A stretch of 63,648 nucleotides of DNA, filler included, from Intoshia linei (Eukaryota; Animalia; Orthonectida), in assembly GCA_001642005.1 (NCBI GenBank). It is 7 parts of 7 records of this genome, joined end to end, with 100 filler letters (N's around TTAATTAATTAA, not from the genome) between each part and the next. Parts side by side here need not be neighbours in the genome. Positions count along the whole stretch, not along the records: positions 30,685 to 51,536 come from LWCA01000673.1; 6 more parts are not named here. One strand, given 5' to 3'. The notes beneath the pieces are model-generated. The model had not been told where the DNA came from and did no database searches. It worked only from the letters and a program-made list of their open reading frames with translations. The translations under genes and the position numbers were made by a program. The stretch's first letter is position 1, and every line of letters begins with the position of its first letter. This document shows, piece after piece, positions 37,701-51,636 of the stretch.

Positions 37701-40700
37701 CGTTTATAAATTTAAAAAATCAGATGCGAAAATGAAATTCAAATTTATTGGGTTATTAAGACCAAGCTTGTCCACTCTTTTTCACAGACAGGTCAATTGA
37801 AAAAAAATTAAATAAAATTATGTGGCGGTCAAAATTCTTTACGGTAAATTACACATAAAAAATATTTGTTTCTATAAACAAATTACAAACGACGAATAAA
37901 CATTAGTAGTTGATGGTGCAGTACGTTTTACAAATTATTACATGTCAAGCGGTTCGTCACCAATTTGTCGCAGTTTTCGTGTTTAAAAAAAGGCATAACT
38001 ACATGTATATAGTTCCTTCGTAAGCCTATGTATGGTACTGTAATCAGATTCCGTTAACTTCTAGTTAACAATTGGGATAACTCAATCTTTTTTGGTAAAT
38101 GTTTTGTGATGATAGACCCATGTCTTGAGGAGATTATTCAACCTATTGTACAATTATAATTATAATTCATTTGCATAATAAAATAATTTATACTCTATTT
38201 TTTAATGGTATTTTAGTTTTTATCAATTGCGATAAAAATGATGCGTTTATTAAATTTGGTTGCATTAATGTTGATATTGGGACATTGGAACGGTTGCTTA
38301 CAATGGTTAGTACCCATGCTTCAAGGATTTCCATCAAGTAGTTGGGTTTCTATCAATGAATTGGAAGTTTAATTTTAAATTATAATAATCAATGTCTAAT
38401 ATTCATTTTATTTTCAGAATTCAACCTGGACAGAAAAATATACCTGGTCTTTGTTTAAAGCTTTATCACACATGCTGTGTATTGGATATGGAAAATTCCC
38501 ACCTCAAAACATGACAGATCTATGGCTAACCATAATTAGTATGCTAATTGGAGCGACATGTTATGCTTTATTTATTGGACACGCTACCTCTTTAATTCAA
38601 TCATTTGATACGTCTAAAAGGCAATATAGAGATAAGGTAAATTGAATAATTAATTGATTTCATAATGTCTTAATTCAAGTATTGCAAAAGTGGTTTGGTT
38701 TGACTCCCGGGTCTAAAAACATTTGACGGTTCATGAAATAGTTTCTAGAGGTCTACACATTTATATGAAATTTGTACATTGTAAATGGATGAACCGGTGC
38801 GAAAAACGAAAATAATTTGGCGACAACTGTTTTGATTAAATAGTTAAAACGTGATACAGTCTAAGTCCTTATTAACTAAACTAAGGAATTGAAAATTCCG
38901 TAATTCCATTAATATGAAATTTTCCCCATAAGAAAACCCTTGTTAACGGAATTTAATTTTTTTAAATAAAAACCATTAAATGGTCATATTTTTGTTATTA
39001 TGAAAAATTTTATTCATTTTAAATTATTTACAGAAATAAAATAAAGTTAAAAATGATATTTCCGCAATGATAGTAATTATTTCTAATTAACGCCATCTAA
39101 TTTAATATCTATTAAAAATTGATAAAAAATGTAATAAATTGACTTGTAATTAGTAAAAAAATTAGTTTCTATTTATGATGGTCATTAAAAATAGATTCTA
39201 TAACTTAAAATTTAAAAGAGTGAATTTTTTTATTAACGGAATTTTTGGTTCTTACAAATTCGTAAGAAAAAATAAATAATAAAAAATTCCGTTAAAATTA
39301 AATTTTTCCGTTAACAAAAAGACTTGACCGTATTTCCATTATCTTAGATTATAGAGGTTAATTTCCAAGATTAATTAAGCGCATAACAGAGAGATGACTA
39401 TATAACATTTTGGAAAAGTTAAAATCACCGGATAGTAAAAATTTAAATTATACATGTATCAATAAATAATGATACAGATATGTAAAATGTCTTCAAACGC
39501 AATTGCAGTAGTTTTCATTATTAATATTTTATTAAAATAGATAAAGCAAGTCGAAGAATACATGATATATCGCAAAATACCCAGACGATTAAGAGATAAA
39601 ATTAGTGACTATTATTGTTATCGATATCAAGGTAAAATGTTTAACGAAAAGGAAATATTGTGTGAATTAAGTGAATGTCTGAGAGAAGTAATTTTTTTTA
39701 TATAGAATTTAATTTTAAATTTAGGAGGTAGTTAATTTTAATTGCCGGGCTCTCGTAGGCTCTGTACCATTTTTTACCCATGCTAATCCAGAATTTGTGT
39801 CTCAGGTAATTGGAAAATTGGATCACGAAGTGTTTCAACCTAATGATTTCATTATAAAAGTGGGAACACTAGGTAAAAAGATGTATTTTATTCAAGAAGG
39901 TATTGTGGATATCATCACTTCTGACAATAAATTTGCTACAAGTTTGTCTGACGGTTCCTATTTTGGAGGTAAATATATTAATTTATACAAGTACCGAAGA
40001 GGTTGATAAAGTGCAAGTTTACGGGCCATGAGATCCAACCAAACGATACAAAAATGTTATCAACATAAAAAGCTAATTTTTTTTAACTCTTACTACTGAA
40101 ATAATGCTCCAACGCGTAGGTACGGTCTAAAATAATTGGCAACCCTTGCAAAACAGTGAATACCTGGGATTAACCAAACTTTGCGTGTCGTATTCCACAA
40201 AATACTGAAAAATACAAATACAAAACACAAAATCCACAAAATTCCACACTGTATTTCGTTTGAAGTTATTTATCCATGTCGTTTTGTTTGTGAATTTGTA
40301 AATTTTTGTAACACATTTTTGTTTTTTTAAAAAACAAACGATTTAAATTCATTATTCTCATCTAAATTTTTATTGTAGCAATTTCAGATTTGTACATTAT
40401 ATATTTTTTAGAAATATGTTTACTTACAAACGCACGTAGAGTCGCAAGTGTTAGGGCTGCCACCTATTGCAACCTATTTTCCTTGTCAGTCGAAAATTTT
40501 AATGATGTTTTAAAAAACTACCCTTTAATGCGACGGACACTGGAAAGTGTAGCAGCACAACGATTAAATAAAATTGGTAAAAACCCAACCATAGTAAATT
40601 CTAAAAGCATACAAGATGATATCAATGTAATGAACCATCTGTTCCCTTATTCTTCAACTTTGAATCCTGTCGACAAAGTTAACATGTTTGAAGGCGACTT

Positions 40701-40857
40701 GAATGTCAATCAAATATTAAATTCTACTATTGATATGAATAATGAAACAAATGATGAAAATAATAAACACGAATCATCATTAAAGAACAAAAAACGCAAA
40801 ATAAAAGGGAAAGGGTTGTTCAGGTGCAACACATTTTTAAAAAGAAGACCGACCTGA
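31732..40857 (+). CDS. HCN: Hyperpolarization-activated cyclic nucleotide-gated channel (HCN/Ih), about 11 exons
   Basis: [13 protein letters not shown]...[10 protein letters not shown]|FYWDL, S4 [26 protein letters not shown] (37453-37550), pore [14 protein letters not shown]-linker and [22 protein letters not shown]. The first Lys/Asn-rich exon is less certain. Confidence 0.95.
34047..34530 (-). mobile_element. hAT (Buster/Charlie-like) remnant in an HCN intron
   Basis: CAGGGATGCTCAACC terminus. The minus strand at 34210-34285 encodes [23 protein letters not shown], matching the hAT C-terminal dimerisation motif. Confidence 0.65.
35579..35883. mobile_element. hAT MITE (305 bp) with perfect 8-bp TSD
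   Basis: TIRs CAGGGGTCGGCAACC / GGTTGCCGACCCTG, with TTGTACAT on both sides. Confidence 0.92.
36163..37229 (+). mobile_element. Apparently full-length non-autonomous Helitron-like element (~1.07 kb) in an HCN intron
   Basis: 5' A|TCCTAACTTATATAA with a (GT)n tract, and 3' hairpin plus TTAG|T. The same two ends are linked in 62151-62420. The 5' end also occurs reversed at about 42660-42721 and 54240-54354. Confidence 0.65.
38857..39330. mobile_element. pogo-like MITE
   Basis: TA|CAGTCTAAGTCCTTATTAAC ... GTTAACAAAAAGACTTGACCG|TA, with internal TTAACGGAATT repeats in both orientations. Confidence 0.6.
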
Positions 40858-40913
40858 ATTAAAAATTAAAAAAATTTACGTTGTAAATATCAAATAAAAA
40901 TATATATTTAATT

Positions 40914-43900
40914 TTACAAATTGACTACAGAATCTTTTACAGCGTAATTATTCAAACAAACTGAACTGCTTTTTTTACATTTTCTGTTTTTCATATATTT
41001 TACTTTATATATATAAACACATAAAACAACTCCCATAATTTGAAGTATATTTGCAAGTATTATCCATGCCCAAATGAATTTGTCTATAAATACTTTTAAA
41101 TAAAAAATAACAAGATTAATACTGTAAACAATAACTTCAATTTCCCGTGTCAATTTGACATGATTTAAGGAAGCTTCACACGAGTAAATTCCAGAATCTT
41201 CTACTAAAGAATCGTTTTTTACATACTTTACATATTTTAAACTATTATTTTGAAAATATTTCAAAGTTGTTAGAGTTTTAGATTCATATATAATATTTAG
41301 TTTAGGATTGATATCCTAAAATGTAAAATGTATTCTATTAATCTTTTTTATATCATTTATATTTATGTATTTCGTATGATTAATATTATTTTAGGTCACA
41401 TATTAAGATTTTAAAACACGTTAACAAAATTAGAGTCTTGTAATATATTAATTTTTTATTTCGGAAGCCTAAGATTGGACAATGTTCCTTGAAAAACAAA
41501 CTTAGCCGCCTGATTCAATTTTTTATTAGGAAAAAATCAAACATATATTATTTAATAAAATGTATAATTTGGTCAATAATGTACCCAAAAAAGTAAAATA
41601 TATTACCTTCATGTGAAATTCACATAAAATAACGAAAGGTGTGTTGATATTGACTATATGTGATCTTTTAGGGGTGACAATTCTTATAAAAGCTAAAAAA
41701 TATAAACTTCAATTAATTTTTTAAATACGACTAAATTGTATAGAATGTTGAAACGTTTCATTGTTGGAATCAGTATATTGAGAAACAAAATTATAATTCA
41801 TTACCGAATCGTCTAAATAATTATATAGCTCAATTTTTAAAGGAAAAATTGATCAATTTTCGAATATAAAAATAAAAGTATGTCTGTTTGTAACCATTGC
41901 TTAAATAAAGTAATAGGCGTAGAATTTTAAAAACATAAATTTCTATAACCGTTTTTTGAGGGTCGCTTTTTATAGCAAATTTTACGTTGAAAAATTAAGT
42001 CCTTCATCGTTAAAAAACCGATTTATCCTTTGTTTGAAAATGAAACGAGTCCTAGAATTTAAAAAAAGAGTCCTTTGTATTTTAAATTCTGAAAGACTTT
42101 ATGAATTTGAATTCTGAGAATGAAATTTGTAATGATTACTCTCGAAAAACTGTATTAGAAATTGGGGTTTTTTAATTCTAGGAATTCAATTTTATATAAG
42201 TAAAGGATAAATTAGGTACCCACGAAATAATTAAAATTATATGTCACCATCCGTTAAAAAAGGTTAGGAGCCTGGTTTATAAAAATACAAATTGGTCTTA
42301 TAATTAAAACGTCGATCTTCGGTATAATCAGCTGCTGTTTGTATGAAGTACACACCAGTCAAGTGACTTTAACATAACATAATTTTAAATAAAAAAAATA
42401 GATAAATTTTCTCCATAACCTTTAATTCCGAAGATTAAAATTATTTCTGCATGTTAATTGCGAAAGCTGCGTCAGCTTTTTCAAAATATTCTAGAATATT
42501 AATTTTTTTTACATTTTTCAAAATTAATTAAAAATAGATTATTTGAGTTTTTGACCGTTAAGATAGAAATTTCTTAGTAACACTTGTGTTACGTTATGCA
42601 TGGAAAAAAGCTGACTTGAAACTTGTGTTTCTTTAAATTTCTGAGACAGCTAGTTTTCTAAATATATGGTTACACACAGACCAAATGATTTTTAGCCACT
42701 TTTACATTATATAAGTAAGGATGTTCTATTGATCCATGATCATATCAAGCAGTTCTGTATAAATGCCTCAATGGGCAGAATTTCCTTATACTTTAAAAAT
42801 TTGAGTTTAATTTGATCTTCAAAATTTGTAGTCTTAATTGCAACATTTATAAGTCCATTAATGAAATAATTATTTGCAGTAAGTATTATCGAAAGAAAAA
42901 AGCTATGTATATCAACCTTTTTTACATTGATGTGGAGTCCACACTGTGGACATTGTAAACAGTTGCGTAGTAATGGGAAAAAATCCGAAGAAATCAATTA
43001 AATAGATTTCCACCTATATTTCTTTATTAGAAATGTAGACATTCAATGGTCATTTTTTTTGAAATTATAGGATGATTATTTACTTTTTCATTTTTTAATT
43101 TTAATACATTTGACAAATATTGGTTGATAATATATATAAAATTATTTTTCGCCAGAAATGCGTAGATTTCTGGGGTTGAAATTTTGTATTTATATCAACT
43201 GGAATAAGCTGTATCAGAATAATCTTTTCTTTTAATAGTAGGACCGTTAATTATTTCACATTTTTTGTTTTAATAAAATATTTCGGAAAAAAATATATAT
43301 GAATATTAAAATGCTTTTTTGACCGTGAAGTCGTCACTTATTCGGATTGAAAATACTAAAATTCTTTTTTGACCGTGAAGGCATCACTTAATCAGATTGA
43401 AATTTTTTCTGGTAGTTAACAGGATATAACTATATCATCTGTAATTTTTTTAAAATTCTAGTGCTGTTTTCATTTTTAAAAAAAAGGTAATATGTGGTTT
43501 TCATCGTGAAAATAATCTTTTGTGAAGTTGCTATTATGTTATCAAAAACTATCCCAGAATTTATGTTGTGTAAAATTCTAAGATTTTTTCATTTTTACAA
43601 AAAAGGGTAAATTGGGGTTTTTGTCATGAAGATATAAGATTTTGAAATTGAAATTTATCATAATGTTGATAGTTTTAAAATCTTTATCAGGTTATGTATT
43701 TTTTATAATTCTAGGAATCGTTTGAATTTTAAAAAAAGTATAATTCGGGGTTTTGACTTTGAAGGACTCAATTTAGTAAAATGAAATTTGCGATAAAACA
43801 ATATTTTCGAAAAACAGTAAAAACAATATGGTTTTTAAAACTCAACTCATCTTACTTTCTTAAATAAACTGGAACAGACATACAGACGTATATTTTTAAC

Positions 43901-45996
43901 TAAATGCTTTATATAAGTAAAATTTATTTTTGTAATTACTTTAGTAAAATCTAATATTTAATATTATATTTTTGTTAATAATAATGATAATGATACAATA
44001 ATTAGTGATTAATTAGATTCTATTTTAAAAGAGGGTATCTACTTAAATCCAACCAATTTTACTAATAATCAAAATTTACCAACACTAACAGGAAAAATTC
44101 AGTTTTAACAATCTTTAAAGGAAAAATCCAGTTTTACCAACCCTAAAAGAAAAAATTCCAGTTTTTCACAAAAAACATCGAAAACATGGTAGCATTTTTT
44201 TTAGAAATTTTTTTGCAGCTGCATTTAATCGATTTATAATAAATAATTGGCATTGAAATTTTTTCAAATCAGGCATAGTTTAGTTCTTAAATACATCCGA
44301 ATATCGTATTTCCTCTTGTTCACCTTTTACATTTAAAGAATCAGAGTCCATTTTTGATTTAAACCAATAAATAATGGTATTTTTTAGTTTCTCTGTATTT
44401 ATGTGCCTTCCAGTCATTTCTTGATATTTTTGATCATAAAATGGTTTAAAAGATACTATTTTTTTACCACTATCTTCAATAATTTTTGTTACATTAATTA
44501 TCAGAAGTTCAATATTTACTTGTTGTTTTCCTAATTATTTATTCTTCAGAATAGAATTAAAAAATTCACAAATGTTGTTTGTAGATGGTGCGTGGGGGGC
44601 TACACACTCAAACCAATTTATGTTTTTGTCTATTCGTTTTTGTTAAAATTTATACAGGAAGTCTGTTAATTCTTCAAATGTGTGATAAAAGTCTAGGAAC
44701 ATTTTAAGGTAGTATCGAAAAATTTCTTCGTTTGAACATCACTGCAAAAATACAATATCATTCATAATTTGTGTTCGAATCGATTCTATTATTCCGGAAG
44801 CATCAGTTTGGTAGGTCAGGTTGGTAAAAGTGGATTATTCCCTTAAGGCCTGGTAAAGTGGCTTTTCCCATAAGGGTTGGTAAAATTGAGATTTTTCCCT
44901 TAATGGTTAGTTAAACTCGATTTTTCCATTAAAAGTTGGTAAAAGTGCATTTTTAGTAAAAACGGTTGAATTTAAGTAAAAATGGTTGATTTAAGAATAT
45001 TCTCTTTAAAATATATGGCCTTCAAATCTATTGTCAAGTAACTGCAACCTTCTCACGGTTAAGGGTCATCCACCTCAAGTATATAGGCTGTAACAAAAAA
45101 ATTTATATGATAATCCACAACTATATAAAAAAATAATATATAATTAATATAAAAACATACCAGTAAAATTGATTGATATAGTCTTATCTTTATTAATAAT
45201 AATGTCCTTATGACTATCAATCTTGGCATTATTTTTTTTGATTTTCCAAGTGAAAGAATCGTCAACCAGAGAAAAAACAGAATTCAAAATAATGTTATCA
45301 GTATTCAATACACCAACATTCGACGAAGCTAAATTAATATAAATATGTATTATAATTAAAATGTCTACAGACCAGAACATAAAATTTAAAGTTTAAAAAA
45401 TACAAGGCACTTTTAGTTTCTCAACAATTTTTTGGTTTTTACGAGACGAAATAAAAAATATTGACACAAATTGTAGATACAATTAAAAAAGTTGTACATT
45501 AAATTTATAAATTTATCAATTTGTATATTTGTAAAAAAATATTTTCGTGGGTACACTAAAAAACTTTTCAATTTTTCATAATCTTGCAGCTACGGAGTGC
45601 ACATTCCCACGTGTAATGTACATCAAACAATAATCTTTTAAAAAAACATTAAAAAAAATTACTAGGATAAAATAGTCCACTGTAATTGACACACTTGAAC
45701 AGTCCCCAAACGGGAACGTGTCCATGTCTCGATTTAAGAGAATCAGAGTACCGTTTCTTTTGAGTAGAATTGTAATTTTTGGTAAAGTTTTGAAATTTTG
45801 TTTTGACTTCAATAACATCAGATTTTGAGTAGTACCATGGCTTTAAAATTTGCCATTGTTGATTATGAAAATTTTTAATACATTCCGTGTCGAAAGGTTT
45901 AATATCAGGGTATACGCTAATTTTGCCTTGAGAAAATGTTGAACTTAAGGCAATAATAGAAAATATAAATATCGTCCAAATGAGCATTTTAAACAT
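40914..45996 (-). CDS. Ig-superfamily type I membrane protein, basigin/neuroplastin-like
   Basis: Signal peptide MLIWTIFIFSIIALSSTFS, Ig F-strand motif EDSGIYSCEAS, TM FIWAWIILANILQIMGVVLCVYIY and a basic cytoplasmic tail. Exons cluster at 40914-41315, 41608-41810 and 45059-45996 around a TE-filled intron. Confidence 0.65.
44031..45004. mobile_element. Foldback/Mutator-like element with long TIRs built from ~31-bp subrepeats
   Basis: The left arm (GAGGGTATCTACTTAAATCCAACC... plus GGAAAAATCCAGTTTTACCAACCCT units) mirrors the right arm (GGTTGGTAAAA.TGGATT.TTCCCTTAA units ... TTAAGAATATTCTC). No clean TSD. Confidence 0.65.
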
Positions 45997-46791
45997 CTAG
46001 TAAATTCATTTGTAATTATCTTAGTTTATTTTTAAAAGATGAATACTACCTGCCAGATGTAAACCCATCATCTGCAAAAATAAAGCTTATAATGCATCTG
46101 CATCATGTGCAACACATGATATCCACTGATCAATATAAAAATATGTGACATATATCCTCGAAATGTAAAATTTACTAATATTTTTATAAAAATACTCTAA
46201 ACCTAGTTTTGAATTAAATGAATTAAATAATGTTTCAATACAATTGTATCACAATTTATAAAACCAAAATTTATAAATATACACATCAAATATTTAAAAT
46301 GTACAAATTCATTAATCAACATGTAGCAATGTTGATATTTATAATGCTATAAAAGCATACTATACAATTTTATCAGAATACTGAAAAAATATACCTTTAT
46401 AAAACAAAATTACATAATTTATTTGTTGAACGATATTTTATAAATGTTTTCATGTACAATAAATTGAAATATATTTTGAAACGAAAAATAAAGAATGAAA
46501 TCTCCTAGTAAACTCTCTTTCAATTTTTATAAACTTAACTCTCCCATTTACAGTATTTTACTATGTAGTCCAAACTATTGATCTCAGTGAAACTTTATTT
46601 AGGTAATAATTTGTAATTGAGGAATAGGTATAGTAATTGTGCTCATTATATATTTTATTTTTATTTATTCAAAGTGTTACAATATCATAATATAAATTAT
46701 AAATACACGTTAATACGATATTATCTTGTTTTCATATTTGTAGAATCTGTGTCAGTATTTCATTTAATGTGTCAATATTATTAATCGTTAA

Positions 46792-49700
46792 ATGTCTGGT
46801 ACAGTCTACAAAGATTCAAAAAATCTTTACGTTATCGAAGAGGATCAAAATGACGAAAAAGAATCTGAAAATGTAAAGTTTCCTTCCAATTTTAAAATTA
46901 GAGAAATCTACAATCAAACTGTAAGTGAAATTGATCAATCTAGAAAAAACTACAGTAAAAAGTATAGTAAATCTATGAGTTTATTCGACGATTTCAAAAA
47001 ATCGAATTATAGTAATTTTATTGATTTATTTTTAGTTTAATTTCATTTTAACTTTTAGGTGAAGTTCAAGGATTTGTTCACTCGAGTCGCGTTGCAAATA
47101 AAAGTGAAGCAGATAAATTACGAATGGAATTTGAAAAATACAATAAAAACTATCAAATGAAATGTGAAGAATATTATTCTAAAATCAATGGATATAAAGA
47201 ACAAATGGATAAACTTGATAAAATGAAAAAGGACATTTATCACAGTAAAAATATTAGTAAGCAGTCCAAAGTCCATTTGGAATTATTTGTTTATTTGTTG
47301 TGGAACGTTCGCCAAACTTTACTGTGATTTTTCAATTTTTATTTAAATTTTCATTTTTTTGTTGTATTTTATTTCGTACCCAGTCACTGGCGTCAATTCT
47401 CTAGACTTTAGAGCAGTAGTTCCCGATTCAAATAGTGTAGGACCCAATTTGAAAATATTTATTTTTTTGGACTCTAAAGTAAACATGAAATATAAAAAAT
47501 TTATGAAAAAATGAAGGTTTTTTCTCATAAATTATGGTCAAATTTTGTTTTTCAAAAAAATATTGGAAAAATGGGATTTTCCCTAATGGTTAATAAAATG
47601 GATTTTTTATTAAATTTTATTAATGGTGGGATAAAAGTGAGATTTTTGAAATAATAATGTGTCGCGAATTTTAAATTTGAGATAAATTCCCAACATCTGA
47701 CAACTCTGTAATAAATATTAAAAATTCTCCTACAAAAATAAACAAAAGTTGGTAAACATTTTATTATATTTTATTTGAATCTGACCTTAAGCCTTAGGGC
47801 TTAAAGCATATAATTTTGGTCTTAGGGGGTTGAGACTGAAGTTCCAGACTGGAACCACTGCATATAGCAGTGCTTCTTAATCTTTTTTACTTCAGGACGC
47901 ACTTGTGAAATACATAAAAATATTTGGGACGCACCTTAAATTTTGATAAGGAAAAGCACATCGATATTCGAAAATGTGCAAAGATTAAAGAAACGATAAA
48001 AAAATAAAATCGTAATAATAAAAAATGTTCATCAGAGTTTTAAATGTCTAAATTCTATGTCTGTAAGAGAGAATGTCAATGTAAAAGTTTGAAACTAATT
48101 TATAAAATATTTTTTTAAATAAACTCAATTATCTTTGCGGTGCACGTGTTAAGAATCACTGCTTGTAATTCACACGGATGTATGGTTCATGCGACATAAT
48201 CATTGATTTTTTCACGAAATTTTTAAAGAATTCGCAGATAATTTTGAGACCAAAATGTAGTAGGGTTTTTAAAGAAAGTTTTTTTCATTCAATTTTTAAA
48301 GATTTTGAAGATATTCCCTTAAAATCCCTACCAAAATTATATTCAAAATCTAGAACAATTGGTGAAAAAAACTTTATTTAAAAACCCTATCAAATTTTGG
48401 TCCTAAAATTACCTTCAAAATCTCTAAAATTGGGCAAAAAATCCCTTATAAAAACTCTACAAAATTATCTTCAAAATCCTTAAAAATTGGACGAAAAAAA
48501 TACCTCATAAAAATCCACAAAAAGTTGGTTACAAAATCAATATTATGAGTAATTTGTAAAATCTATGATTATGTAGCTCTAAAAATACATCGCTAAACTG
48601 AATGTTCGCCGTGTCACTAATGAGTAGAATAAAATTAATAATTCTAGGGTATGATGATTGTTATCATAATTACTGTAGCTGTTTAAATTATGTTACTATT
48701 TGAGTGATGATATTTTTTGATCATAATTCTGAAAAGAATACATCAAAAAACCTTTGGTGACCCGTCATGTTGAAAATGTAATATTGATTATATAAAATAT
48801 AAATTGAATATTTTTTACCTGTTTTAAATTTAGATTAAATTGGACATTATCTTATATTCCAACAAAGAAATCAATTGAACAGAGTATTATTGATATATGA
48901 TTAATACATTACATTATATAGAAAAGATTGAAGCTGAAGAAAATAAAGAAGAAATAAAATTCAAAAACTTTACGAATTCTAATGAGTCAACAATTAATAG
49001 TGAAGTAAATACACTCAAGGATGATGAACAACTTGAAAAAATAATAAAAACGTCAATTTCAGAGCAGACTTCAATGACATCTGAAGACTCACCATCCATT
49101 AGCTCTTTTAGGCACAGTATACACCACAGATTCAATTCTGATCTTTCTACAATTGATATGAATACAGAAAAGTAAATTTATTTACCTTTAAAGATGTGAC
49201 GGATTTCAAGACTCTTGATTGCCTTTTGTGTTTTAGTGTAGTTTTCCAACCTTTTATAAAATTTTCTTCTCGGCTTCCGTAGTGGCTTAGGTGTAAGGTA
49301 TTCATTCGGTTCGATTAAAATCTGTAATATGTTATTATGCTGAGATTTTGTTATTTTCAATAATTCAAATTAATTTAATGAATGGATTTTTAAAATAATT
49401 TTATTTGATTTATTTTTTCGCAATGTTGTTTTAAAAAAATATTTTATATTTCTTTTAGTTTCCGAGACACCAATGAATGTGTTACAAAAGAACGAAATGA
49501 TACAAATTCAAATAAAGCTTTACAAATTATTGATGATGATACTAATGAAAACAGAAGTGAAGCAATTTATAAATTGATGCAAAACCATAATGTACTGCTT
49601 GAAAAATTTGAGGTAAATTATCATTTTATTTTTTTTCATTTTTAAAAGATTTAATCATATAATTTCAATCGAACGACATCTGATGGAGAGGTCTCCCTGA

Positions 49701-50452
49701 AATTTTTTCGTAGGTTTTTGTGAAGCTACCCGAAAATGAAAAATGGACCCTAAAAAAAATTTTCAAAAACTATGCATAGTGTCATATCATATAACCCTAA
49801 CGACCTCTCTTAGGTCTCAACTTGATATTTTAAATTGAACACACAAAACAGTTATGATATTTACGATTATAAATTTTATAAAAATTTCGTCGAGGTTCCG
49901 AAGAGGGGTCTCGGGTATGGTAGATTCGGCACTGTCTGCGCTATCTGAGGCATAACTATAATCAGGCCCTCAATACCTCCATAAATATTGACATACCGAA
50001 ATGGTGGTATTGAGAGTATAACTTTTTAGCGAATAGCTCATGGATACGGATATGTATGAATAGGCACTCAAATAGTAAAATAAAGGTAATATAGTGGCGG
50101 TATTGAGAGTCCTGATTGTACTTTGAGGTCATTGTTAACGGTTTTATTATTTGTATTTCAATTTAAAATGTAGACGGTTATAGATGAAATGCAACAAAGA
50201 ATCCTAAAATGCGAGAATGATATTGAAGTTGCTTTAAAAAGAGATATTTCTGATTTTTCAACAAATGATGTGCTCGAAGATATAAATAATTTGAAAATTG
50301 TGATAAACATTATGGAAAAAAAAAATGAACACCAACTTAAGAGCTACCTTTCAAGTGTTAAACAGCGAGTCTTAAATTTAGAAACTAAAGTAATTTTTTA
50401 TAATCTCTATAACAGAGTATTTGTTTTATATATCTATTCCCAACTTGGCTGA
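46792..50452 (+). CDS. Uncharacterised coiled-coil protein (about 5 exons; 3' end uncertain)
   Basis: Exons at about 46792-47011, 47060-47256, 48834-49170, 49459-49612 and 50173-50389/50452, with GT-AG boundaries and E/K/Q-rich heptads. Confidence 0.65.
47868..48161. mobile_element. hAT-like MITE; an adjacent similar element lies at 47414-47860
   Basis: CAGTGCTTCTTAA / TTAAGAATCACTG termini and internal GGACGCAC repeats. Confidence 0.6.
48200..48540. repeat. Degenerate internally repetitive tract (AAAATCCCT/CAAAATTATCTTC units)
   Basis: Repeated imperfect units between CACGG (48173) and CCGTG (48613) ends; probably a MITE. Confidence 0.4.
49960..50117. mobile_element. Small MITE with ~23-bp imperfect TIRs
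   Basis: AATCAGGCCCTCAATACCTCCA / TGGCGGTATTGAGAGTCCTGATT, plus an internal GGTGGTATTGAGAGT copy. Confidence 0.7.
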
Positions 50453-50846
50453 TAATATTAAAAATTAATGATAACTAAGGAAATTTTTTATTGCCCCCAA
50501 AAAACAAAAAATTGAATTTATGCAATTTTATCTATAAAAACGTACGATTAAAAAGGAATAATAAATATTTAATAAACTCTGTGAAGGAAGAGAATAACCG
50601 ATATGTACAAAAATTTTCTTTAGTACAGTCATTTTTACATCATTATTGAATATATATAGGGAATATAGGCCGCCAAAAACGGCATTGTAACTTTATCAAT
50701 CCAATAATTTTTTCAGAAATTAAAAAAATTTGAGTGTTAGTAGTTGGATTTCTAATTGAATTTTTTATGCTTTTCAGTATTTCGATGAGAATTTATAAAA
50801 AATCTTGTCACATTGCACAATACATACACCCAATTTATAGTTCATA

Positions 50847-51369
50847 GTTATCAGGAGCAATATAAAATTCTCCGGGAAAATTATTAATTACTGGACACTT
50901 TATTATAAATTGGAAATTATAATTTGAAACATTCTTTTCATAGTGATCAATATTTAAAATATTATTAAAATGTTAAAAATTGTTAATTTATTTTCATGTT
51001 ACCTTGAGCTTGAGTTTGGATGTGAGTTTGACAACTTCTCGTCAGATTAGTGCTTCTTGTACATATTAAGGTAAATTATAAATAAAAGCAGAGATTAACA
51101 AACCTTTTTCGTCGCGCATCCATATTTGCAATATATAAAACCCACATACCAAAAATAATAGTCCCCAAATTTTCATACAGTCCAGGTAAAGGACCACTTG
51201 TAATGTATAGCAACTAATTATATAGTCATATTATCACATTTATTTAACCTCTTTTAGAGCACTCAAAACTATCTATCAATTGAAAAAATTCAAAAATTAG
51301 TTCCCAGCAACAAGCGAATGTTTTCATTAACTTCAATTTTAACTCGAATATTCATACCTCTCGTAGCAT
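50847..51369 (-). CDS. Putative small spliced single-pass membrane protein missed by the ORF track
   Basis: Micro-exons joined by GT-AG introns give MLRE|IVLSALKE|LLYITSGPLPGLYENLGTIIFGMWVLYIANMDARRKR|STNLTRSCQTHIQTQAQ. The last exon is uncertain. Confidence 0.45.
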
Positions 51370-51636
51370 TTGTAATGATTAGATTACGTTTTGATTATAT
51401 TATTAAATTAAAGACATATTCAAGAAATCAGTAATTTTCATTCACATGTATAATGTTAAAATTTAAATTTTAAATAATGAAATAAATACAGTGGTCGCTC
51501 CCTAAATTGAACAGTATCTAAATACACTCAGCGATCNNNNNNNNNNNNNNNNNNNNNNNNNNNNNNNNNNNNNNNNNNNNTTAATTAATTAANNNNNNNN
51601 NNNNNNNNNNNNNNNNNNNNNNNNNNNNNNNNNNNN

